Positions 1 through 10,124 of a stretch of DNA of 64,000 bases are shown piece after piece (positions within the stretch are counted from its first letter, which is position 1; the number at the start of each line of letters is the position of its first letter). Source of the stretch: an uncultured virus (IMG/VR IMGVR_UViG_3300048589_001558). Taxonomy: Duplodnaviria; Heunggongvirae; Uroviricota; Caudoviricetes. Location: IMG/VR virus record IMGVR_UViG_3300048589_001558; one strand, written 5' to 3'. The translations under genes and the position numbers were made by a program. The notes under the pieces were generated by a model. That model did not search any database and was not told where the DNA came from. It was given only the letters and a program-made list of their open reading frames with translations.

Positions 1-1263
1 TCAGGCCGCGCTCTTCCCGCCTTCGATCACCTTAAGGTGCCGACTTGCAGGCAACTTGCAGGCAAACAGGGTCCGGGAGGTATGCTTCTGGAGCCGCTGG
101 ATGACCTTCTCCGTCGCTTGCATGCAGGCCTTAAGGTACTCCGGGTCAAACGCCTCGTAGGCGTTCGCCGTGCGCTTTTCGTCGTGGCCGAGCCAGACGT
201 CGCGCTGCTCCTTTGACACCGGGGGCTTCTCGCGCCGGACCATTGTCGCCATGAAATGACGGATCGTGCCCGGGGTGAAGTCAGGCAGATCGCAGTCCTC
301 GGCGTGGCGGACGAAGGTGCGCTTGATCGCCGTGATGGGCTCGCCATCCCACATCATCGGCGCCCGCTCCTGCCCCTCCTCGATCTCATCTTTCTGCCAT
401 TCATCGAGCCAGTCACGGAGGTTGTTGGTAAGCCGGATCTTCGGCCGGTACTTCACGGTCTGCCGGCGGCCGGGCGGATTGAGATCGATTATGCCAAAAC
501 GACGGTTGACGGTCTGATCGTTGTCGCGGAAGTCAACGATCGTCTGCGGCCTTGCCCATGTGTTGAGGGCAAGGATGACGAAGCGGAACAGATTCTCCTT
601 CCGCTTGTCGATCGCGTCGATGAAGCGGCCGAATTCCTCGAATGTCGGAAGCCAGTCGCGAGCGGAAGGTTCGGGCAGGTTGATCAGCTCAGCCACGCGT
701 GACGCTTGCGTCACCACGTCCGGAGCCATGTCGAGTAACTGGATTTCATGCTTGTTGCCCAACTGGTCGATGACCATGACGAGCTTTTTTCCGAATCGGA
801 AGGCTGCCGATACGACCGAGAGATTGCGAGCAATGGTGTTGGCGGAATGCTCGTAGTGATCGCGGCACCAGACCATGAACTCGCGCTGCCGGATAGGACC
901 GAAGCTAGCGACGGTCGGCGGCGCATTGAGGCGCAAGGTCTTCATGAACTCGCCGACAAGCTGGATTGCGCGGAACGCTTGCGTGGCCGAAGGCTTATTC
1001 TTGACGTCGTTCTCGTAATAGTGGTCGAGCACGCGGAGGACCGTCACGACGTCGGGCGAGCGGCTATTGCTGACCTGCGCCGCCCCGACCAGCTTGATCA
1101 GCCGGTCTTTTGCTTCATCGAGTATTTCTGTTCCAAGTGACTTTCGAGGAGTCTGTCGCCTTCCTCGATCATAGCGGTACGCATAGAGGATCGGCGTGCC
1201 GTGGGCCCGGCCGATCCAGTATCCACCATATTCGAAGAGCTTCTCTCCTGTGTTCTTTGACAC
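1..1263 (-). CDS. int: Tyrosine recombinase / phage integrase
   Basis: ALNTWAR (catalytic R), GTIRHFMAT, WLGH, downstream Tyr (TANAYEAF); likely GTG start at 1263 after AAGGAAG; stop at 1-3. Confidence 0.9.
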   Translation of the reverse strand: MSKNTGEKLFEYGGYWIGRAHGTPILYAYRYDRGRRQTPRKSLGTEILDEAKDRLIKLVGAAQVSNSRSPDVVTVLRVLDHYYENDVKNKPSATQAFRAIQLVGEFMKTLRLNAPPTVASFGPIRQREFMVWCRDHYEHSANTIARNLSVVSAAFRFGKKLVMVIDQLGNKHEIQLLDMAPDVVTQASRVAELINLPEPSARDWLPTFEEFGRFIDAIDKRKENLFRFVILALNTWARPQTIVDFRDNDQTVNRRFGIIDLNPPGRRQTVKYRPKIRLTNNLRDWLDEWQKDEIEEGQERAPMMWDGEPITAIKRTFVRHAEDCDLPDFTPGTIRHFMATMVRREKPPVSKEQRDVWLGHDEKRTANAYEAFDPEYLKACMQATEKVIQRLQKHTSRTLFACKLPASRHLKVIEGGKSAA

Positions 1264-1526
1264 TTGACTTCCTTGCGTTCCAGATACGCGGCAAGGGCCT
1301 CGGGATGGTAGAACACCACCCCCTTCTTGCCGGCGACAAAATCTATCTCGCCATTTCTCCGCGCCCGACGCAACTCCAGCGGCCCCACCAACAGGGGGTA
1401 CCGCTCGCAAACCTGTTTCTCGGTGAGCAGCTCATCGAAGCGGCTGAGCGGCCGCGGACGAGCCTCAACAGGCTGCAGATCGTCCGGCACCAGGGATGGC
1501 GCGGCTATTTCCCGGCGCTTCCTCAT
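1098..1526 (-). CDS. Excisionase-like DNA-binding protein
   Basis: LLTEKQV...LRRARRNGEIDFV...VFYHPEALAAYLE resembles Xis/HTH_17; lies just upstream of and overlaps int. Confidence 0.65.
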   Translation of the reverse strand: MRKRREIAAPSLVPDDLQPVEARPRPLSRFDELLTEKQVCERYPLLVGPLELRRARRNGEIDFVAGKKGVVFYHPEALAAYLERKEVKCQRTQERSSSNMVDTGSAGPTARRSSMRTAMIEEGDRLLESHLEQKYSMKQKTG

Positions 1527-1945
1527 GGCTCGTACTCACACCAGACGTCGTACTCGACCGTCATTTCCTTGAACTTCGCCGCCGCGGTCTCGTCGTAGTC
1601 GAGGTCGACACGACTTCCTATCTCGCAACGCTCGTAGATCTTCGCCTTTGCGGCTTCCGGCGTGGCGACGTCGAGCCACTTCTGAAACGCCTTCTCGTTA
1701 CAGAGGATACCGGCCTTCATGGCGAGCGGCCCGCCTTTGCGGGCCGGCTCGGCGGGGGTCTCTGCCGCGGTCGGCGGCTCCGGCACCACCCCGGCCGCGC
1801 CCGCCGGCTCGATGACGTCTACAACGACGCGGCCCGCCTCGATGCGAATGTCCCAAGCGCCGCAGTCGCAGGCCTGTTCGGCGAGGAGCGCCTGTGCTGC
1901 TTCTGCTATCGAGAAGGTGAAGCGGTGAACGATGGTGGGGGTCAC
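1523..1945 (-). CDS. Hypothetical phage protein
   Basis: Overlap-coupled to neighbours; protein-like composition (AGILCNEKAFQKWL). Confidence 0.7.
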   Translation of the reverse strand: MTPTIVHRFTFSIAEAAQALLAEQACDCGAWDIRIEAGRVVVDVIEPAGAAGVVPEPPTAAETPAEPARKGGPLAMKAGILCNEKAFQKWLDVATPEAAKAKIYERCEIGSRVDLDYDETAAAKFKEMTVEYDVWCEYEP

Positions 1946-2454
1946 AGCGCCTGCGCCTTATACGGTATGACGATCCAGGCGTCCTCGTCCTCGCGATGGA
2001 CAGCCTCGGCATCCTCGCGACGGGCAAAGCGTGTGGCCTCCTCACGAGCGTCGGTCCATTCGGGCGAACCAGAGGCCCAAGTCCGCCAGCGTTTGCCGTC
2101 GCCACTGCCGATAATCCAAGCGTAGGCGGGCGCAGGCCCGGCGGCGTCAACAATTTCGGTGGTACGTTCCGGCCAGCCATCGCGTCGCGAGATCGCCTGC
2201 ATCAACGTCGAGATCGGGCAGCCCTTGCGAATGATCGTACGCGGCGCAACCATGACGTCGCAGGGCAGCTTTTCGACGGACTGCCCGTCAATCACTCCTC
2301 CGAGCGTGTCGATCTGCCAGTTCAGCTCGATCGAGCGCAGGCGGTCCAGTTCGGCCAGTAAGGCAAATACCTTGTCGCTGGCATAGACGCCCGGCCCGTT
2401 GCGGCTTTCGCGGTCATGCCGAAGGGTGGCAATGAAGGTTTCCATGTCAACCAC
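1942..2454 (-). CDS. Hypothetical phage protein
   Basis: Overlap-coupled in leftward operon. Confidence 0.7.
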   Translation of the reverse strand: MVDMETFIATLRHDRESRNGPGVYASDKVFALLAELDRLRSIELNWQIDTLGGVIDGQSVEKLPCDVMVAPRTIIRKGCPISTLMQAISRRDGWPERTTEIVDAAGPAPAYAWIIGSGDGKRWRTWASGSPEWTDAREEATRFARREDAEAVHREDEDAWIVIPYKAQAL

Positions 2455-2857
2455 GGCCCCCTCCGTCGCGATTGCGCGGCGCGGCCGTCGGCCGGCCGGC
2501 GTCGTTGACCATCATATTGCGGGGAGAGTGGGTCCCGAGATGGTCAATCACCGTCAGGTAGCTAGGATGGCGATCGACGGGCAAGCCTACCATCGCCCTG
2601 TAGCGGCGCAGCATCGCGCCGCCGGCATCCTCATAGGGAGATTGGCCCGGTTCCGTCCAGAAGCGGTCACGCATCTGCTGCGAGATCGGCCCGAATACTT
2701 CGGAAAGGCGCTCATCCGCGAGCGTTGCCGAACTCCCGAAGAACTTTCGGTCGAAGAAGCCGGGGGCCTTTCTCGCCGGGACCGGCCATGAAGACGGGTG
2801 CGCGCCCCAACGGCGTGCAGCCTCAGCCAGACACGATTCAGGATCGCGGTGCATCAA
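2447..2857 (-). CDS. Hypothetical phage protein
   Basis: Fills gap between coupled minus-strand ORFs. Confidence 0.55.
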   Translation of the reverse strand: MMHRDPESCLAEAARRWGAHPSSWPVPARKAPGFFDRKFFGSSATLADERLSEVFGPISQQMRDRFWTEPGQSPYEDAGGAMLRRYRAMVGLPVDRHPSYLTVIDHLGTHSPRNMMVNDAGRPTAAPRNRDGGGRG

Positions 2858-3185
2858 AGCCTATCTCCTCTAGGAAAGTATCCAGCCCGGCCGGTTTCTC
2901 AGGCGACAGGAACGGCGGCTTTATCTTGGCCGCCCAATGTTCATTGAGCCGGTCTGAGATGCGATCGCGGATGGCGCGCATCCGTAGAATCTTCAACTCA
3001 TCGGAGGTCCGGGCGACGCGTCGGTCCCACAGGCGGATCTCGCGCCAGTAATTGCGATGCTCCTTCCGCGTCGCTTCCGGCAACGTCCGAAAGCACTTGC
3101 CGCAAATGATCTCGCTGCTGGCGTCGTCGGCCTTGAAGGTGCGCCGGCAGCGCGGGTTGATGCAGGAGATGCGGTCAGCGACCAT
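2838..3185 (-). CDS. Hypothetical protein with CxxxxC/CxxC putative Zn ribbon
   Basis: CINPRC...ICGKC; operon context. Confidence 0.65.
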   Translation of the reverse strand: MVADRISCINPRCRRTFKADDASSEIICGKCFRTLPEATRKEHRNYWREIRLWDRRVARTSDELKILRMRAIRDRISDRLNEHWAAKIKPPFLSPEKPAGLDTFLEEIGFDAPRS

Positions 3186-3642
3186 GGAAGGCCTCCGTCC
3201 CCGGAACGATCAAAACCGGCCAGTACCAGTTTATCTTGATGGTCGGCCCCTTGCCGTCGTCATCAGGATCGAATTCACCGATCATCCATTTGGGCTTGCC
3301 GCCAGCGACGATGAACGCCCGATCGTACGCGCCGTCATGGCGCTTCCAGCGCTTCCCGGGTGTTGTTCCCGTGGGCAGGGTGGCACTGTATTCATCCAGC
3401 GCATCGAATTCGGCGCGCGTCAGATGAAGGGCTTTGAGCGCCGGCTGCTTCGACCGGCATTCCTCAACTTCAGGGCAACCTGCCCGTTGCTGGTCCGCCG
3501 CAAGATTATCGCCATAATCGACGTCGCCGCAGACCTCACATTGGTGAACGGGCAAGGAACACTGCGTGTCAGGATGACAACCGCAGTTGCAGCCTCCAAT
3601 GTGCCGCCACTGATGGCCACCTATGCAAGGATGCTCGGCCAT
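3175..3642 (-). CDS. Cys-rich hypothetical protein
   Basis: GGCNCGC...CSLPVHQCEVCGD; TGATG-coupled to ssb. Confidence 0.65.
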   Translation of the reverse strand: MAEHPCIGGHQWRHIGGCNCGCHPDTQCSLPVHQCEVCGDVDYGDNLAADQQRAGCPEVEECRSKQPALKALHLTRAEFDALDEYSATLPTGTTPGKRWKRHDGAYDRAFIVAGGKPKWMIGEFDPDDDGKGPTIKINWYWPVLIVPGTEAFHGR

Positions 3643-4130
3643 CAGAACGGAATCTCCGAGTCGAGGTCCCGGTCATCATACCCGCCTCTGCTCTGCGAGC
3701 GACCGCGATCGTCATTGCGACGGTCGTCACGGCGATCATCACGACGGCCGCCACCGCGATCGCCATCGCCGTCGCCGCTCCGGGCGTCGAGCATCTGCAG
3801 CTCGCCACGGAACTTTTGCAGCACGACCTCTGTCGTGTATCGATCATTCCCGCCTTGGTCTTGCCACTTGCGGGTCTGCAATTGGCCCTCGACATAGACC
3901 TTCATCCCCTTCTTCAGATACTGGTCCGCGACCTTCCCGAGGTTTTCGTTCCAGATGACCACGTTGTGCCACTCGGTCTTTTCCTTGCGGTCACCGCTGT
4001 TCTTGTCGCGCCACGTCTCCGAGGTGGCGACGCGTATACTGACGACCTTGTCGCCGTTCTGAAGGGTGCGGGATTCGGGATCTGCTCCGAGATTGCCGAC
4101 GAGAATCACCTTGTTGACCGAGCCGGCCAT
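3642..4130 (-). CDS. ssb: Single-stranded DNA-binding protein
   Basis: [38 protein letters not shown], acidic DSEIPF tail. Confidence 0.98.
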   Translation of the reverse strand: MAGSVNKVILVGNLGADPESRTLQNGDKVVSIRVATSETWRDKNSGDRKEKTEWHNVVIWNENLGKVADQYLKKGMKVYVEGQLQTRKWQDQGGNDRYTTEVVLQKFRGELQMLDARSGDGDGDRGGGRRDDRRDDRRNDDRGRSQSRGGYDDRDLDSEIPF

Positions 4131-4131
4131 C

Positions 4132-5823
4132 TTACTCTCCTGCTGCTTCTAGAAATGCGCGGCTGAACGCGATCGAGCGCTGCTCGGCGTTCTCGACCAG
4201 GCCGGTGGAGCGGAGCTGCTTCAGCGCCTTGCGAAATCCCCCACCCGACTCGGCGTAGCCGCCTCCAGCGGCGAGGTCTGATATGCTGAGCGATCCGCCT
4301 GCGCGATGCAGGACACCGAGCAGCGTCGTCGCGCCGGTGTCGAGCTTGTCCTGCCAGAGAGCAACCAGTTGATCGCGGGTGGGCACCGTGCCGCTGCCGG
4401 CCGGCTCGGCCGCCACAGGGCCGCCGTCGCCGTCAAGCGCCCTCCCCGACTCCAGCAATTGCTTCTTCGCCTTACGGAAGCCGCCGCCGCTTTCGGCATA
4501 GCCGGCGCGGATCGCGATCGCCGGCCAGGAGATGCGGCGAGCCGGGCTGGTGTCCATTGCCGCGAGAAGCCGATCCATGCCGTAGGACGACACCGGCGAC
4601 GCTTCAGTTTTCGAGGCGGAAGTGACCGAACGCTTGAGTTGCTTCACAGCTTGAGCGGCGACCGCGTTCACTGCGCGCTGCGTTCCCGGCGCCATAGTAT
4701 GGAAAGGCGGGTTGCTGTGCGTGATCGTCTGATGCGGCTCGACCGCTGTCGGCACCGCGATGTCCTCGGGAGTCCCGCCAGCATTGGAGAATATCCGTTC
4801 GGCGAGGCTCTGCACCTCGTGGCCGTACATCAAGGACAGCGCGTCGCGCGCGGTGTGATAGCCGGTCTGATAGCCGCGTGCATACCCACGCTGCTCCGCC
4901 GCGTCGATCTCGACCTTGCTGGCTCGGCGTGCCGGCATAGGTTCCTTCTCGTCGCTCCCCCGCGCCTCGATGGCATCGCGCAGCGCTTCCACATCGACCT
5001 GCGCTAGCGTCTTCGGCTCTACTCGACGTTCACCCGCCTTCGGTGTCGCCGAGGTGTCGAGCGTCTTGATGCGAGGGAACTTTGCCCGCGAAAGCAAGCC
5101 AATATCCGGCGCCCATACCCAGCCTTCACCTACGGCGAGGGACGCCAAGCTGTCCATTACCTCCCGCGATTGGTCACGATCGGCGTTCCCCTCCACCCAC
5201 GCTTTGATCGCATCGCGATCCTGCGGCGCCGAAAGGCGCATCGCCACTAACGTCGCCGCCTGGCTGAGGACATCCTTGTGCAATCGCGCCGGCCGCTGAG
5301 TCAGAGAGATCAAGCGCAGGCCACGAGCACGACCACGACGGGCAATGCGGTCAACCTCATGCAGAACTTGGGCGGCGTAGCCATCCTTCGCAGGGTTCTG
5401 CGGCGCGAATACATCCGCCTCCTCAAGGATGATGGTCAGCGCTTCTTTGTTATGTCGGAAGAGACCTTCGAACAGATCTATCGCAAGGCGGCCCTGCTCT
5501 TCCTTACGCATCAGACTGGTGTCGATGACGCACGGCAGGTTCTCACCGGAGATTAGGCGAGCCAAGGGCTCCCCCATCGTATCCGTGAGTGGCATATCGC
5601 CGTGCTCGCCGCCGAACACGGCGACTGGATAACCCTCATCCTGGCCATCAGCGGAGGAACGCAGACCCCACCAAGCACCGAGGGGATCAATGACCAGCAA
5701 GCGTCGCTTCAGATCGAGTAATCGTTCGGCAAGGCCGCGGGCCAGATAGCTCTTGCCGCTTCCCTTCCTTGCGATGATCGCAATGTCGCTGTCGAGGGCG
5801 GTATCCGGGATGGGGTGCATCAT
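4132..5823 (-). CDS. HerA/DUF87-like P-loop ATPase with duplicated C-terminal wHTH-like repeat
   Basis: Walker [47 protein letters not shown] occurs twice; start about 5823-5829. Confidence 0.8.
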   Translation of the reverse strand: MMHPIPDTALDSDIAIIARKGSGKSYLARGLAERLLDLKRRLLVIDPLGAWWGLRSSADGQDEGYPVAVFGGEHGDMPLTDTMGEPLARLISGENLPCVIDTSLMRKEEQGRLAIDLFEGLFRHNKEALTIILEEADVFAPQNPAKDGYAAQVLHEVDRIARRGRARGLRLISLTQRPARLHKDVLSQAATLVAMRLSAPQDRDAIKAWVEGNADRDQSREVMDSLASLAVGEGWVWAPDIGLLSRAKFPRIKTLDTSATPKAGERRVEPKTLAQVDVEALRDAIEARGSDEKEPMPARRASKVEIDAAEQRGYARGYQTGYHTARDALSLMYGHEVQSLAERIFSNAGGTPEDIAVPTAVEPHQTITHSNPPFHTMAPGTQRAVNAVAAQAVKQLKRSVTSASKTEASPVSSYGMDRLLAAMDTSPARRISWPAIAIRAGYAESGGGFRKAKKQLLESGRALDGDGGPVAAEPAGSGTVPTRDQLVALWQDKLDTGATTLLGVLHRAGGSLSISDLAAGGGYAESGGGFRKALKQLRSTGLVENAEQRSIAFSRAFLEAAGE

Positions 5824-6314
5824 AGCCATTCCCCTCTCTGATTGTTCAGGCGACGGAGTTCTTGGGAATAGCTTTCGAGCAACGCCCGATACTCGGGCGA
5901 GTGCCCGGTCGGCCCGGGCTGAAAGACGGACCGTTGAAACGCCAACGCCACGTCGGCTTGTTCGGCCTTCAGGACGAGAAAGGGTCGAACGTCGTTGAGC
6001 AGCCCGGCAGCCCCAGACGCATGTACGATCCAGTTGTGCGACCTCTTGCCGTTTGCTCGCACACAGCGCGCAGAGAGTGCGCCGCCCCACCGAGCCTGGA
6101 GAAACTGCAGGGGTCGGACGTCGTCTTGGCCGACAATTACCCGCATGTGAAAGCGATCGCCTCGGCATCCCGTCCCCCGACCGGACGCTCGTGCGATAAA
6201 AATACAACCTTCGCCATCCAAGAACCCGGCGGCGTACGCTGCGTCCGCCTCAGACGCCGGCACCGAACCTTTTGCCGCGAAGTTCGGCACACAACGAGGT
6301 TTGCGCGCCGTCAT
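5820..6314 (-). CDS. Free-standing single-motif LAGLIDADG homing endonuclease
   Basis: AYAAGFLDGEGCIFI motif and ...PFLVLKAEQA; TGATG overlaps at both ends. Confidence 0.85.
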   Translation of the reverse strand: MTARKPRCVPNFAAKGSVPASEADAAYAAGFLDGEGCIFIARASGRGTGCRGDRFHMRVIVGQDDVRPLQFLQARWGGALSARCVRANGKRSHNWIVHASGAAGLLNDVRPFLVLKAEQADVALAFQRSVFQPGPTGHSPEYRALLESYSQELRRLNNQRGEWL

Positions 6315-7423
6315 CAGATCACCAATGTCAGATGTTCGGAGGCGCGCGTGACGGCCGTATAGGCCCACTGCGCGCGGTGCTCGCGGAAGGCGGCGCTCTC
6401 GTCAAAGACGCACACGCGGGAATACTGGCTGCCCTGCGCCTTGTGGCAGGTGATCGCGGAGGCGAAGTCGAACTCCTGCGTTCCCGCCCGCTTCTTCCAG
6501 TGGATTTCGTCGGCGCGGCCGCGGAAGAACTGATCGAACACCGAGATGGAAACCGCCTTCCGGGCTTCGTTGTCCGGGTCCGAGATCTTGTAACGGAGCA
6601 GCCGGCCGACCCCCTTGCGCGTCGACGCCTTGCCCTTGGCCGTGACTTCGAAGATCTCGCCGTTGGAAATGCGCTTCTCGCGGTCGTTGCGCAGGCAGAT
6701 GATGCGCTCTCCGACCTGCGGGTCGGGACTCGTGAATCCACGGCGCTCGCGCAGCCGCGCATTGAACTTGTGTCGGGTATCGTTCTTGCCGACGATGACG
6801 ACATCGGCATCGAGGACAAGCGAAGGATCGAGGCCGGAGCGATCGGTCACGACAAGATCGCCATGGGTCCCGAGATCGCGCCGCCACTCGCCCTCGCGGA
6901 TAGCGGTTGCCAACCGGATGATCGGGCTCTCGGCCGCCTGCCGGTGAACCTCGGTCAGCATGGCGTCGGGCTTTTGCGACGTGAAGTATCCCTGCCCCCT
7001 CGGCGGCGGCAACTGAAACGGATCGCCGAGAACGAGGACCGGCTTGCCGAATGACAGAAGGTCGGTGGCAATCTCCTCATTCACCATCGAGCACTCGTCG
7101 ACCACGACGAGCGAGACGTCATCGAGCGCATGGTGATTGAGCTCGACGATGATCGCGCCGGTCTCTTCGTTGGTCTCCGTGTGGTAGATCAGCGAGTGGA
7201 TGGTCTTGGCGCCCCTGCACCCGTTCGCCCGCATGACCTTCGCGGCCTTGCCGGTGAACGCGCCGAACGCCGTCTCACCCCGCTCCATGGCCGCGATGTG
7301 CTTCGCGATCGTCGTCTTGCCGGTGCCGGCATAGCCGGCAAGGTAGAACCACGGCTTGTACCGCATGCGCAGCCAGGCCGCGGCGGTGGCGATCGCCTTC
7401 TCCTGTCCGGGTGACCACTGCAT
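6314..7423 (-). CDS. RecD/Dda-like SF1B DNA helicase
   Basis: GYAGTGKTT, FTGKAA, DECSM, GDPFQLPP, HRQ, AITCHKAQGSQY, YTAVTRA. Confidence 0.92.
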   Translation of the reverse strand: MQWSPGQEKAIATAAAWLRMRYKPWFYLAGYAGTGKTTIAKHIAAMERGETAFGAFTGKAAKVMRANGCRGAKTIHSLIYHTETNEETGAIIVELNHHALDDVSLVVVDECSMVNEEIATDLLSFGKPVLVLGDPFQLPPPRGQGYFTSQKPDAMLTEVHRQAAESPIIRLATAIREGEWRRDLGTHGDLVVTDRSGLDPSLVLDADVVIVGKNDTRHKFNARLRERRGFTSPDPQVGERIICLRNDREKRISNGEIFEVTAKGKASTRKGVGRLLRYKISDPDNEARKAVSISVFDQFFRGRADEIHWKKRAGTQEFDFASAITCHKAQGSQYSRVCVFDESAAFREHRAQWAYTAVTRASEHLTLVI

Positions 7424-7650
7424 CAGCGCGGCCTCCGGCGCAGTATGTAGCCAGCGCCCTGCTGACCGATGATCGGCTGCCCCGCCTGACGCAGCTCCTT
7501 GACATATCGGTAGATGTTGCGTTCGCAGACGCCGGCGGCCTCGGCCAGCATCGCTGCGGTGGCGAAGCCTTCTTCGAGCCGTGACATGACGGCTTCCATC
7601 CGCTGGTGCCTGCGGATCGACGCATGGAGGGGACGGGGCTCCGGTATCAT
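7423..7650 (-). CDS. Small HTH_11-type DNA-binding protein
   Basis: TAAMLAEAAGVCERNIYRYVKELRQAGQPI...GAGY. Confidence 0.8.
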   Translation of the reverse strand: MIPEPRPLHASIRRHQRMEAVMSRLEEGFATAAMLAEAAGVCERNIYRYVKELRQAGQPIIGQQGAGYILRRRPR

Positions 7651-7898
7651 CAGTGCACCGCCCTCAGCCCGGCCCGGAGCACTTCGAGCTCCTTCTGCAA
7701 GGCTGCATTCCTGGCGCGCTCGGCGCGCGCCTCATTGAGGTATCGGTTGTTCGCCTCAAGCAGATCGTTGACGCGCTTGTTGCTCGCCATGCGATTCCGC
7801 TCGTAGGCTTCCAGGGCTTCGAGGGCCAGGCCCGGCGCCAGAATGATACTGTCGAGGGTGAAGCCGGAGATGCCCGGCACCTTGGGATCGCGGGTCAT
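7650..7898 (-). CDS. Hypothetical coiled-coil protein
   Basis: Start trimmed to MTRDPKV (ATGA overlap); RVNDLLEANNRYLNEAR. Confidence 0.65.
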   Translation of the reverse strand: MTRDPKVPGISGFTLDSIILAPGLALEALEAYERNRMASNKRVNDLLEANNRYLNEARAERARNAALQKELEVLRAGLRAVH

Positions 7899-8149
7899 GC
7901 GGCGACTCCGATGACATCGAAAAACGCCGCTCCGCTGTAGCCGGAGCGCTGCTGCACGGTGACGAGCCTGCGCAACCCGTACTTCTCGATCTGCGGCGCG
8001 AACTCGACGGCGTTGTAAAGGCTTGCCCAACGTTCACCGTGCTCGCGGATCATGTGGACGCGCGCGGCATGGGAATCCTCTGCGAAGATTTCGACATAGC
8101 AGCCGTGATAGGCATGGCCGGTGCCGAAGGTGGCGTAGAAGGGCTGCAT
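7895..8149 (-). CDS. Hypothetical phage protein
   Basis: FYATFGTGH...YVEIFA; coupled to neighbours. Confidence 0.7.
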   Translation of the reverse strand: MQPFYATFGTGHAYHGCYVEIFAEDSHAARVHMIREHGERWASLYNAVEFAPQIEKYGLRRLVTVQQRSGYSGAAFFDVIGVAA

Positions 8150-8487
8150 TAGGCGGCACCCCCCTCATGTTGATCGGGATCGGGAAGGAATGCGATGGGC
8201 ACGACCTCGCTTCCGATGGCGCATTCCGCGCAGATGAGATGACGGACGGCCGGCAACCGCTGGGCCACTCGGGTCGACGGCGCGAAGGCCAGCGCGATGC
8301 CGACGTTGCCGCCGAACATCGTCTCGAGCCCATGCTGCTGCCGGATGCTCTGAACGTCGGCAACGCACTGCGTCATCGCCAGCTCGTAGAAGATGGGACC
8401 GCTGTGCATCACGCCGCGCTTGCAGAGCGTGCAGGGGATCAGCTCATTCCGATCGAAAGGAGACGTCTCGATCTTGGCGTCGGTCAT
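8149..8487 (-). CDS. Hypothetical protein with two CxxC motifs
   Basis: Start trimmed to MTDAKIE (TGATG overlap); CTLC and CAEC. Confidence 0.65.
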   Translation of the reverse strand: MTDAKIETSPFDRNELIPCTLCKRGVMHSGPIFYELAMTQCVADVQSIRQQHGLETMFGGNVGIALAFAPSTRVAQRLPAVRHLICAECAIGSEVVPIAFLPDPDQHEGGAA

Positions 8488-9188
8488 CAGGTGGCCCTCC
8501 GACGCTGCAGCTCGCACCGGGCCGAGAACTTGATGTCCTCGCCCATGTCCGACTTGTTCACGATGAAATCGAGATAGTCCCAGGGGATCTCCGGGAACCG
8601 CAGGCCCTTGTGCTTCCCGAACGGCATCCGCGCGAGGCGTGATGGCTGCCGGGAAATCTCGACAAGGCGCTCGACAGGCATCCTGTTGAGCAATTCGAGA
8701 AGGATCTGTGCGGTCACCAGCGTATCGAAGCCGGCTCGGTGCGCCGCCTCGAACCTGTCCTCGCGCGACTGGCAAACGCCAAGGAAATAGCGAAGCGCCT
8801 GGTTGGAATGGCTTTCAAGATCGGGCCAGACCTCCCGCGCACCCTTCAATGTGCAGATGGCAGGCGCGCGACAGCCCGGCATGAACTGCCGGTCGAACTC
8901 CCAATTATGGGAAGCGACGTAATCCGCACCGACGGTCGCCCAGTGGATCGCTTCGGCCTGTATCATCGCGCCAGCAACGTCGGCGTCGACAATATGATGG
9001 ACGGCAGAGGCCGTGTACGGAATCGGCCGGCCGGGATTGACGAATTCCTGAAAGGGGCCGGATTCAATGCGCCAGCCATCGGGGAACAGGCGAAGGTTTG
9101 TACGCCCGACCTCGACAAGAGCGGCGTCCGGAGGAAGCCCGGTAGTCTCCGTGTCCACAACGGCGATTAAGGAGAGAGGCTCAGCCAT
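8487..9188 (-). CDS. DEDDh 3'-5' exonuclease, ExoX-like with C-terminal PFGK domain
   Basis: VDTETTG, ASHNWEFD, AHRAGFD, MPFGKHKG. Confidence 0.9.
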   Translation of the reverse strand: MAEPLSLIAVVDTETTGLPPDAALVEVGRTNLRLFPDGWRIESGPFQEFVNPGRPIPYTASAVHHIVDADVAGAMIQAEAIHWATVGADYVASHNWEFDRQFMPGCRAPAICTLKGAREVWPDLESHSNQALRYFLGVCQSREDRFEAAHRAGFDTLVTAQILLELLNRMPVERLVEISRQPSRLARMPFGKHKGLRFPEIPWDYLDFIVNKSDMGEDIKFSARCELQRRRAT

Positions 9189-9453
9189 GGCCGCCCCCTT
9201 TAGGGTCAGAAGCGAGCATGGCGTCGGCTATCGCAAAGGAAACGGCAGCGAGAATATTGCATGCGACTGGCGGGGTTTCCCCGGCCTCGCGTGCGGCGTC
9301 CAGCGTGCGAACCGCGAGAGCGGACATCGCGTGCGTTGCATACCACTGGCGCAACGACATGCCGGGATGCGTGAACGGAAACTGCACGCCGTGGGCATTG
9401 GTTTCGGTGTAGGCCAGCGGGAATGCCGGCCCACCATCATTGATCTGCGACAT
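9181..9453 (-). CDS. Conserved phage hypothetical protein
   Basis: NDGGPAFP...GMSLRQWYA...IADAML pattern; start trimmed to MSQIND. Confidence 0.75.
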   Translation of the reverse strand: MSQINDGGPAFPLAYTETNAHGVQFPFTHPGMSLRQWYATHAMSALAVRTLDAAREAGETPPVACNILAAVSFAIADAMLASDPKGGGHG

Positions 9454-10124
9454 CAGAACGACTCCGGCACGGACACGGGCAGCGGAGCCGGCGCCTCGGC
9501 CGGCGCGAGCGGAGGCGTCTTGGCGTAGTGGACCTTCGCCTCTTGCAGGAGGCCATTGGCGTGGAGATACCGGAACACGGCCAGGCACGCGCGGGTGTCG
9601 CCACCGGCCGTATGCGCACCCTCCAGCTTGATGCCGAGATGCTCGCAGACGTGTTCAAGCTTCGGAAAGCCGCCGCCACCGCCTGGCTTTTTCACGCCGA
9701 GTTTCATGCTCGACCGCATGGCGCAGATGTTCGGGGTACGGTCGAAACGGTCGTCCATGCCGGCGCGGCGCAACTCGCCGCGCATCTGCTTCGTGTCAAA
9801 CTGGGCATTGTAGGCGACGAGCACGTAGCCGGCGTCGATAACGCGCACATACTGGTCCAGCACGTCGAGGATGTCCGCGCCGTTTTCTATGAGAAACTGG
9901 TCGGTGAGCCCGTTGATCGACGACGATTCCGGCGTCATCGACCAGCCGTTCGGCCGAACGTAGAGGTCGATGGAGCGCTCCTCGCGGAGCTGCTCGTCGA
10001 CAAGTATCATGGCAAGGTGAGCAAGCCGTGGCTGGCTCGGGTGGTCGGCCGGTACCGGCCGGCCCTGTTCATCCTTGAAGCGGAAAAGCCCGTTCGTTTC
10101 GGTGTCGAAGATGGCGTATTTCAA
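9453..10124 (-). CDS. Second DEDDh (DnaQ-like) 3'-5' exonuclease
   Basis: FDTETNG, AYNAQFD, AHTAGGD. Confidence 0.88.
   Translation of the reverse strand: MKYAIFDTETNGLFRFKDEQGRPVPADHPSQPRLAHLAMILVDEQLREERSIDLYVRPNGWSMTPESSSINGLTDQFLIENGADILDVLDQYVRVIDAGYVLVAYNAQFDTKQMRGELRRAGMDDRFDRTPNICAMRSSMKLGVKKPGGGGGFPKLEHVCEHLGIKLEGAHTAGGDTRACLAVFRYLHANGLLQEAKVHYAKTPPLAPAEAPAPLPVSVPESF

Noticed and set aside
1..60. Attachment site (attL/attR)
   Set aside because: Window starts at the integrase stop codon; flanking sequence is not visible
1264..1410. N-terminal extension of the integrase ORF
   Set aside because: Overlaps the Xis-like gene in another frame; SD and GTG at 1263 fit better
5830..6207. 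Long N-terminal extension of the HerA ORF (possible intein or fusion)
   Set aside because: Arg-rich shadow of the LAGLIDADG gene in a different frame; no intein motifs
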